64,000 nt of DNA, from the NCBI GenBank assembly GCA_021613535.1, contig CP075494.1, positions 10,974,001 to 11,038,000 of the forward strand. The letters are read 5' to 3'. The stretch's first letter is position 1. Every line of letters begins with the position of its first letter. Origin of the DNA: Adineta vaga (taxonomy: Eukaryota; Animalia; Rotifera). The notes under the pieces were generated by a model, which ran no database searches, had not been told where the DNA came from, and was given only the letters and a program-made list of their open reading frames with translations. The position numbers and the translations under genes were made by a program. Positions 54,079-64,000 of this stretch are shown in pieces.

Positions 54079-55907
54079 TTAAAGTATTGATAATGATTTT
54101 GAATTCGTTGAATTTGATAAACGTTGAAAAACGGATAGTTGAGGTCGATCGAGAAAGTTACTCGTCTTTCGAAGAGAAATAAAATGTTGTTGACTATCGT
54201 ATGATGTTCGACAACTAGCAATTGAATCCGATTTTGAAAAGAAATGAGGTGCTGTTATATCACAACTATGAGATTTCTTCAATTGAATTTGATCGAGTGC
54301 TGTTGCAGCTGATACACGAGATAAACTAATTGATGTACGTCGATATTGTTTACGATGACATTTTAAAATCGATTCAAATGATCTAAAATAAAATAACAAG
54401 CATATTTATTTAATCGGCTGTTAATGATGTACCTTCGGAATTCTCGACTAGAAAAAGCGTAAATAAATGGATTGAAACATGAATTACAATATCCTAACCA
54501 AAAACAAATGGAAAATATTAAACCCGGATCATAATTTGTTAAGGCTTCTGAAATGAGAAAACAAAAAAGAATTAATGATGACAAATTTTCATCAGATAAT
54601 TCTTTACTTATTGGTAAAAGAAGAAAAAATGGTAACCAACATAGAATAAACATTCCTACAACAATACCTAACGTTTTTGCTAAAAGAGAAAAATCAAAGA
54701 AAACACATCATCAATGGAGATTTGATTTTTACCAGCTTTTCGTTCGCGCATAAATTTCGATAATTTATTCGAACCATTAGATGTTAATAAAGCTGAAAGT
54801 CTTCTTCCATTCGTATTCAATGTTGAAGATGATGAATGTATCGTATTCGATAATGACATTGTTGATGTTGATAAATGTTGTGGAATATGTATTCGTAAAG
54901 TTACACATTCTTGTCCATCTGTTTCTTTGACACGAACTTTTTTCTCTCCACCACTTAAAAATGCATGTTGTCGAATAGCTTCATTATAAATTCGTCCATA
55001 AACACAAAGAATAATAATTAAAGGTATATAAAATGAAAATGAACATGAAAATAGAACATAAGATAAATTATCATTAACTAAACAAGCTTGATCGATCGGT
55101 TTGATTTCATTATTCCAACCAAGAAATGGTACAATCGAAACGAGAATCGATACTAACCATGCTATTAAAATAGCGATTAATGTTCGAGTATGTGTTATTA
55201 TAATTGGATAACGTAATGGACGTGTTACGCCAATATAACGTTCGATAGAAATAAACATTAAACCGTAAATACTTGCTGTACAATAGAGAACATCAATAGC
55301 AAGCCATATATGACAAAATGTTCGACCGAATAACCATTTTCCTTCGAGAATTTCCAGAGTAGAAGAGAATGGTAAAACAGTAATACCTAAATGAAGAATT
55401 TTCAATAGTTATCATTGATGTTTAAGTATAAAAGAGAAAAAAAACTTGATTTTCAAGATATAAGGTAAAAGTTTTCTACTTGCATTTTTTTAATTACATA
55501 AAATTGAAAGAGAAACTTTTCTGTTATTCAAATTATATCATCACCGGAAATATCGATAAATCCGGTGCATTTTCTCCGCATCGACCGAACTTTTATGAGA
55601 AAAAAAAAACAATGACATGTTATTGATTACCTAATAAGAGATCAGCACATGCTAAATTTCCCATTAATAAATGTGTTGGTGAACGTATTGCAAAATCGAA
55701 ACATAATGCAAATAAAACTAGAATATTGCCAAGAATAGTTAATAAAACAATGATCGAGAGACAAATAGCAATTAAAATAGTTAAAATAAACGGTCGATGC
55801 GATGAAGACAAATGATCATCTGATAGACTGACTAATGGTAAACTTTCATTTGAATTATTGATCGGTGTCAAAGTGACAATTTGCTGAAGTTGAGATATAA
55901 CTTGCAT
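54079..55907 (-). CDS. Aminergic class A GPCR, alpha1-adrenergic-like (alternatively alpha-type octopamine receptor), 5 exons
   Basis: [31 protein letters not shown] (Asp3.32), [47 protein letters not shown]. Confidence 0.9.
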
Positions 55908-58022
55908 GTGAACAATACATATGGAAAATCAAAATAGAGACGTTCGATCTTCGTTTTTCTTTCTTACTAATCGATGCGATGGATAAGATAAGTTTTTGTA
56001 TAGAAACCGAGTTAATCAAGTTACCAATAAAATCTAAATAGATAGAAGAGTATATGTAAAAAATACCATTCTTTCTTCGCCTGATCATCACATTTGCTAA
56101 GTCGATGAAATGAAGTTCAAATGATTTCCGTTGACTAATTTCTATTTACAAGGTAAATTAAAATGAGGAAATGATGTACACAAAAGTAAGCTATTGACGG
56201 ATTTAAACCGTTTGACTAGGCGTGAGAAAGAGACTTCTCTCCTTTTCTTGTCTTGTTAAACGAGCGAAAAAAATCAGAAGTAGAATTATTTATTAGGAAC
56301 TTGTTCAAATGTGAAGGCCTTAAGTATATCCGGAGTGTAAAGATGATGACGATTGTAAAAAAAATGTCATTTCTTCGTGTTCCTTTTTTTTTACTCAGTC
56401 TCTCTTCATTTAGTTTGTCCTTCAACGTGCGTCTAATATGATCATGTTTCTTTGTTCGGATGAATATTTTTTCGAATGATAAGCTCAATAAAAGAAAAAA
56501 AAGAAAACGTACGACATCAATCGTAACAAGACTATTGATATATAATGAGCATTTTCTTTTCTTATTAGATATGAAGAGAAAAAAAACGACTATTTTTTCT
56601 CTCTCTCTCTCTGACGAATGACTACATTTAGAAAATGATTTTAACATGTTTATTGAATCTTTTCTATCATTGCCGGGATGAATAATTATTCTTTTCTCGT
56701 TTATTTATATTGAACAAGTAATGTTCGAGATATTCTTGTCATTTCTAATAAATAAATAAAACTAACTAACGTGTGCTCGAACAAAAAAAGTTAATAATAT
56801 TCCTCTTGACATAAACGATTCTTTTCGTCTTTTATATTTGTAAAAGAAATGATTGTTCTGATGAGTTGAAGACAAACAAAACGAGAAAAGACTGCAACAG
56901 AGTTGAATTATTTAAGATGAAAGATATTATTTTGTTTAGGCAACCATTTGAAATCGCTGATTGAATATTTACATGCAATGAAAAATCTTCTTTATTCTAT
57001 GGAGTAAAAATATTCAATATTTAAGTTAATACTCCCACAATCTTCTAGAATATTTCTCTCATGTCATTTCATTGAAATATGTCCTTTCAAATTAGCGATA
57101 ATTTATATCGGAAAAAAGCCTATTATTTACATTTTCAACTCAATATTCTGTCTTATCTTACATGACTCGAAGAAAATCTCGACACAATTATCATAATCTA
57201 TGAAACTTCTTCTTCTTCTTCGTCTTATTATTATTATTATTATTTTTTCTCCAATTGTATTTTCTGTTCGACTTATATGTCAGCCAAAATCTTCTTCTAT
57301 AGGAGAAATAAGAATTTCTCATATTAAAACGATTAGAAAATACTTGAGAAGAATATGTCTAGTCTAAACTAAAACAAGCTGTGATGAAGGAAAGAAAATA
57401 TTTAGAAATCATTTCCTTTAAAACGAAGTGTTTCGTAAACTAAATGTTAAAAGAAAATTAGAGAAGAAAACATGCAAATTAGTAGTTATTTGATTTGTCA
57501 AGAGTTTTAAAGAATGACAAGTGACAAACCTCATTTTTCTTTTTTCGACACAATATTCTTCCAAAATATATGATGACTTTATTTTAATGAGAGAAAATAT
57601 GAAGAAGATTTATCGATCATTTTAGATGACTCGGTTCTTTATACAACATGAAACTTATTGCGGAGGCGAGAAAACAATGTTATCCACATTTATTATTGAT
57701 GATAAAAGACGATCGAATATTCAGATTTGAGTTACAGTGATAAGTAATCTATTCTGTTGCCGGAAGTTATTGAGATACTTATTGCTAGAAATATAATTAT
57801 AGAACATATTATTCTTCACAATATCAGTAATCAAGTTACAATATATCACTTATACAATTAAACATCGTTTATTATTCAAGACAAATGAAGAAAGAAGATC
57901 GACAAATGGATTTTTAAAGAGTTGCCTTAGAAGATGATTGGTTAATATACAATCAGCTGTTACTATAGAATTCATAGAAAGTTCTTTCAAACGCTTGAAA
58001 ATAAGAAATATCTGAATGTTGT

Positions 58023-59387
58023 TTATTTACGGCAGAGTCGTTTTTGACGTTGTTGTTTTGGTAAATACTAAAAGAGAAGTGAATTTTTCAAATTAATTTC
58101 TTTATTCATAGCGAATTCTTACCATATCATTCGGATATTCATGACTTGTTAATCCAACTAATGGTACACACATATCTGATGCTGAATCAGAAGAATATTC
58201 TTGTGTCGATTGATATTTCTTAGTTGATCTTATTAATATTGAATTATTCGTTTTAACATATTGTCCACAATGTGAGATATACTTTTTGATTGCTTCAAGT
58301 TGATCAAGTTCAATCAATTCATATAGAACTGCAACTGGTATACTCGTTTTTTTCAATAATTCATTTGTTTTATTGATATAATCGTCGAATTCTTGTGTAC
58401 TATTTAATAATGTTGTATAGCTTTTCGTCATTAAAAGTATATTTAATGTCGCTTTTTGCATTTCAACATTTTGTGGTTCATATTTCCATCGAAATTTATA
58501 TTCTTCTATTTGATTTTTTTGTTCATTTTCAACTGTAGAAATCTGTTGTAATAAATCTTCTTCATGTTCATCAATAGCTTGACGTAAACAAGTCATTGTA
58601 TCTCGAATCTGTTTTCGACAAGATTCAGCAATATTACCATATTCATCAATAAAATTATTTGCCTGATTCAATTTTGAATCGACAAGTAATTGAATATTAT
58701 CTAAATGATTTGTTATCTAAGATAGAAAACATACAAGTAGATTATACAAGTTTAGTCAAGATAAATATTTTACTTTAATTTCAAATTCTTTTGCCATTTT
58801 CGGTATTAAATTATATTGATGATCTTTATGTTCAAGTAAAATACAATCTGTACAAAGAAGTTGAGAACATATTGTACACCAATATTTAACTTTTTCATCT
58901 CGATGTAAACTACAAAAATTGATTTCCGTTGGTTTTTCATGAACTGGTATTTGTTGATGTTTTTGCATTACATGTGGCGTATGTACTGCTTGATAACATT
59001 CCGAACAGAATGTTTCATTATCACATTTATCACATCGATATTTACTTACAACTAAATGACAATTTGAACATTGAATTGGAGTTTGAATTCCTCCTAGAAT
59101 GAATTCAAATTAATTTCTATCGAAAAACAAATCTTGTCTATACCGTAGATTTTAACCATATCAGATACGATTCTATTGATTGGTAATGTTTCAATTTCAT
59201 TTTTCGAAAGATTAAATCCATCATGATGTGGACATTCAAAACGATCATCATTAGCCAATGCGATTTGTTCCAAACATTTACGACAATATGTATGCGAACA
59301 AGGTAATAGACGAGGATCATCATAAATTTCATGACAAATAATACAAGTGATCAAATCTTCGATCGTATCGTGATTATCCGATGCCAT
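58023..59387 (-). CDS. TRIM/RBCC protein (RING, two B-boxes, coiled coil), 4 exons
   Basis: RING CIIC..PRLLPCSHTYCRKC..CPHH; B-box1 CSNC..CDKC..CSECYQAVH; B-box2 CSLH..YWCTICSQLLCTDCILLEHKDH; coiled-coil exon. Confidence 0.88.
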
Positions 59388-61991
59388 ATGGAAAGAAATT
59401 CAATCTGTATAATCTAAAATATGAAGAAAAAATTTAAGAATTATTCATTCTATCGTTGACATTGATAGAAAAAAAAGGAACGAATGTTCTTTTAAAACTT
59501 TCTGCTTTTGCGTGAGTTTAGATGGACAAAAAACATAAATCATTTAGAGTCATTTAATAATAGTAATGATAATGCTGCAATTTATATAGAAAACACCAAG
59601 AAATGACTTGTTTGTGTAGGCATATTAGAATTAAATATTCAGTTTATGTGTGATATTTGATTTTTCTTCTAAACAAATCATGATATTCAACTCTTAATGA
59701 AAAATATCTAGTGTAGCAAATAACAGGAAGATTAAAATTTATTACAAAAGGAAAATTAGATTGTCTAGTTTATAATTAATATCCGATTGAAAAGAAGAAT
59801 AGAAAACAAGACAAAAAAAGGTCTGGAGAAATGCATCGTTTGCCAGATGGAATTACTACCGAGGTTTTTTTTCTTAGAAAACATTTGTTTAATTGTAATT
59901 TTCAAATGAAGATATTGCGTACTTGATCAGTAAAGAGTTATACAATAGGTTCAAATGCGATTTTACACCTACTTTTCCTGGTTTTAAAAGATTTAATCAT
60001 TATCTATCAAACAATCTTTTATTAGTTACAATTTACAATACGTAAGAATACAATTTTTGAATGTAACAAACCGTGTATTTTGTCAAGTCGAATACGTCAG
60101 CAAAAAAAAAGAAATGCTTCAAAGTTATTGTGGATAGTTTAATTTGTTTAAAAAGAAAAATAATTATTAGCTTTCTTGTTCACTACACCGAAGAATATTC
60201 TTCTGTGAAAACAAAAAAAAAAGATTTATGATTATTTTCGTGTCTTAAAGCACTTGTTCAAATGATTTTCTTTCAATTAAATGAGTAATTTATTGAATAT
60301 AACGAAGATTCTTATTAAAAGAAACTCTTGTCAATAGAACAAAATCATACTTTTTTATGTATATCGTATAGCTTCCATGAATATCATTGATTAGAAACAA
60401 AAGACTCGTTTTGTTATTAGTTTTCAAGTAATAGTTTCCTTTTTCTATTTCAATTAAATATCTTTCTATTCATTAAACACCACATTTTTATGAATAGATA
60501 AGAATTTATTATGATTCAAGAACAAAATGAAAACGTTTCTTGTTTTTTTCTTTATGATATAACAGCAACATTGCAATGGGCAAACTGTTTGAGAATTCTT
60601 CTAACTTTATTTGTCTATTTGATCATTAAACGGTTATGTTCGATTTATTAACAATGAAGAAGCATGTTAGGTATACATTAAATTTGACTTCGATTATTCG
60701 TGCTAGTAAGTAATTGGTACTTCAGAAAGTCATATTCATATTTCACACTCATCGAAAGTATGTCAATAGAGTACTTTCAGTTAAAAACTAAAGCTCTCAT
60801 AATGCGTGTCTCGTTCATTCTTCCTGTCGTATTCATTGCTATATTCAATGAACACTTTGACTTTTTCCTGATATAAAAATTTCTATTGATAAGTCCTTGT
60901 AGAACATGTGAATATGATTAATCATGTTTTATACTCATGTTCTTTTGTTCATGGTGAACAGAAATGCTCAAAAGTAGACATGATAGAAAAGTTATTTATA
61001 TTATGATAAAACCTTATTATTGTCCAGTAATGCCAATAGATAAAGTTCCTGATAATGATCCATTTATATTATTTCCGTACCTTTCCTTATCAATGTCAGA
61101 TGAATGACGATTGTAAACACGGAAAGAAACTTTGCAAAATACGTCCACAATTTGAAATAGGAAATTTTTTTTGTTATATTACATAATGGAAAGTTTGGTA
61201 ATTATTTTAATCCAAATATAAGAAAATCCTTTTTGTAAATTGTATCTCCTAATTATCAAATGGCTAAACGAAGTTAACGTTCGAAGATACACTTTACTTT
61301 TGTCTTCCGTTATATGATCAACATAATAACGTCGATATGATGAATGTCTACTCTAATTTGCTTCTCACTTTACTACTTAAAAGTTCCGGACCGTTAATTG
61401 GATTAGATAAACAAAAAGCGCAAAAAAAAAGAATTTTATTCATAACAGCATCATCGCGTGATCAAATATATATATGCTTCAGTATTCCATTTGTATTTTT
61501 CTAATTTTATCACTTACATATAGCATTGATCATAATTATCTATTTGAGTTTTGATTTCTTTCACCCATCTCTTTCTATGAATCATTGTTAATGAAGTTAT
61601 GTGCGGGAATATTTCGCGATATCGAGATAATATTTCAAGAGTACATTATCTTATATTAGTGACATCTATCGATAGTATTTGTTTTTATCATTGAGGCTAT
61701 ATTCGAAGAAGAATGGTAGTTGTCATATGTTAATAAAAAAAAATGAATATAAATGATTAAATAAAAGAAACAATTCTTTTTGTACGTTTGTTTCTTATTC
61801 AAATTTAGATTTTTCTTTTTCTTCTTTCTTTTCATTATTCTTAATCATCTAAGTGTGATCATTGTTCACATTCTATCTGAAAATGTCGGATTAAATTTAA
61901 GACGTTATTTTGAAACTCAATAGTCAAGACTCACCTCACAGCAATCTCTCGTTTTTATTATTATTTTTTTCGTCTTTATCCATTTGAACAT

Positions 61992-63929
61992 ATGGGGGGA
62001 TGTGTAAGTCATGATCGAGATAATCCTCGAAGACCATCACATTCATCTCGAAGTAGTGCAACAAGTAAGACTATTACATTTGAACCTTTTTTTGTTAATT
62101 GAAAAAGAAATTATTTATGTTATTTAGCAAGTGGAACTGCCGCACGAAATAAACCTTTAAATCGGTCAGCTTGTCGTCCAAAATGGAAATCAGATGTCCC
62201 AATTAACGAAAATCAACTACGTCGTAAACGAGAAGAGTATTGGGATACGGGTAAGTTTTTTCGATGAAGATTAATTCATTTCTTATCTCGGCAATACATC
62301 ATACGGTCGTCTGTGTTGACATAAGATTTATATAGAGTAACAATCTTATATTGGATAGTTACAAAATTTCAAAATAGACAGACTTCTTAGCTTAGTCGTA
62401 GTCATCTGATTATCTAATGTTTCGATATAAAAAGGGAAAAAGAATGTCTTATACACATCAACTTAAACATGACTAAAGATATACTTCAATTAATGATCTA
62501 ATTGAAAAAATAAATATATTTTGGTAGGATGTTTGTATTTCTTGAAGTTTTAGAATAGTTACATATTTGACTTACACATGTAGAATATTCTTGCAGTGTT
62601 CAACAAAACTAACATATTAATCAAATAGACGTCATTGATGTTTTGTTTGACAAACAAATCTATCACTCACCATGTGCATATGTTTTTGTACGTTGTTGAT
62701 CTTCATACGACATCGAGACATATGCGAAGTAGTCGTCTTTTGAATTTCCGTTTCTTAATAACTAATGAAAGAATCTAGGGTTTATTGAATCTTTCGTCGC
62801 CTCGCCAGAAAATTTTCTTATAAAACCCAAAGATCAATCGAGATTCCTTAGCTATTGTCTTTTCTTATATTTATGAGTGACAAATTCTAATATTATTTGA
62901 TTTTGATGAATTACTTTTAGCTCCTGCATTTGAAGGTCGAAAAGAAATCTGGGATGCTCTTCGTGGTGCCTGCTTTGCAGTAGAACAGAATGATATTGAT
63001 TTAGCTCAATCAAGTAATCATCTTTTTCTCTCAATTTTCTTCTTCTTTCATTGTTTTTATAGTTATCAATTGTGCAAATATTTCACTTCCTCATGGAACA
63101 CTTCTGGATTGTTATGATGAACTTGGTACTCGTTATCAAATACCGGTGTATATTTTATCAGCACCAACAAATGTAATCGATGGTGAACAATCCTCAATGA
63201 ATGAGAATGAATCCAATGCAAGTGATATCGATTTGGCAGCAACAGCAATTGCTGATCGTGAACGCGATTTTCGAGACAATCAAAGTACACCAACACAAAG
63301 TCAACAGTGGACAACAAGTAAATCAGCAACCGGAGGAGCTCACAATCCTATTGTTCGGGAAATAAAAAAACATCGTCGAAAACAAAAATCACACGTTGAT
63401 TCAAGTGGAAATGAATCATCATCAACCAATACTCCAACACCACCGGTACTAGTCAATCAACAACAAGCAAATAATGATCAAGATGTTGAAATTCCAATTA
63501 AATTTCGTCTATCAAATGGAAAAGAACATCGTTTATATTGTAAACCAAGTGAAAAATTTCGTAATATTAAAAAACGTTTGGCTATGCTGGAAAATGGAAC
63601 TATTGATTCACAAGTACAACGGCTATTTTTTGGTGGAAAATCATTACGTAAGTTTTGTTTCATCTACAAAATTGATTTGATTCAATCGATGAAGTATCTT
63701 CTAAGAACCTTTGGCATTGTAATGATTGATTGACTTTTATCTTTTAGGAGATCGCATAACTATTGGTGAAACTCGTTTACAACGTAATTTTGTTGTACAA
63801 GTTATATTACAAGATCCTTCTACGCCACCTAATGGTGCAATAACAACAACTGGCCATTTAACAATTACTAATGATCATGTAACACATTCTCCACCCATTG
63901 AATATCCAGATTCTTCAATAATAGAATAA
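61992..63929 (+). CDS. UBTD: Ubiquitin domain-containing protein (UBTD1/2, DC-UbP)
   Basis: MGGC myristoylation start; [27 protein letters not shown]; [31 protein letters not shown]; C-terminal Ubl ([14 protein letters not shown]). Confidence 0.93.
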
Positions 63930-64000
63930 ATCTTTTTTTTCAAAAACAAACAAATGATCACAACAATCAGACGCGCATTATTCTGTCCATTTTTAATTCC

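Noticed and set aside
59400-61900. Long ORF-free stretch as a possible ncRNA locus
   Set aside because: AT-rich divergent intergenic DNA between TRIM and UBTD with no recognisable structure.

Overview
AT-rich eukaryotic (animal) genomic DNA with many ~50-60 bp GT-AG introns. The gene content and lineage-specific families point to a bdelloid rotifer (inference, not proven). Conserved metazoan genes: TTC1, TFIIB, PNUTS/PPP1R10-like, Groucho/TLE, Rab7, Sp5/buttonhead-like, LAMTOR3, syndecan, an alpha1-adrenergic-like GPCR, a TRIM (RBCC) and UBTD. They are interspersed with accessory genes: a fungal-type S8 subtilisin, a microbial-type PLDc_N mini-protein missed by the ORF track, an intronless front-end desaturase, a ZAP-type zinc-finger/RRM protein, and two decayed pseudogenes (ART-TPR and orphan GPCR). 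Top candidate for an undescribed system: a ~1300-aa gene (4606-8675) encoding three tandem 2-TM/Cys-rich-ectodomain modules, possibly a single-chain pseudo-trimeric DEG/ENaC/P2X-like channel. Second: an operon-like PNUTS-TFIIB-TTC1 cluster that may be resolved by SL trans-splicing. Third: a syndecan with no Ser-Gly GAG attachment sites. All exon structures were spliced by hand and family calls are from motif recognition; no database searches were run.
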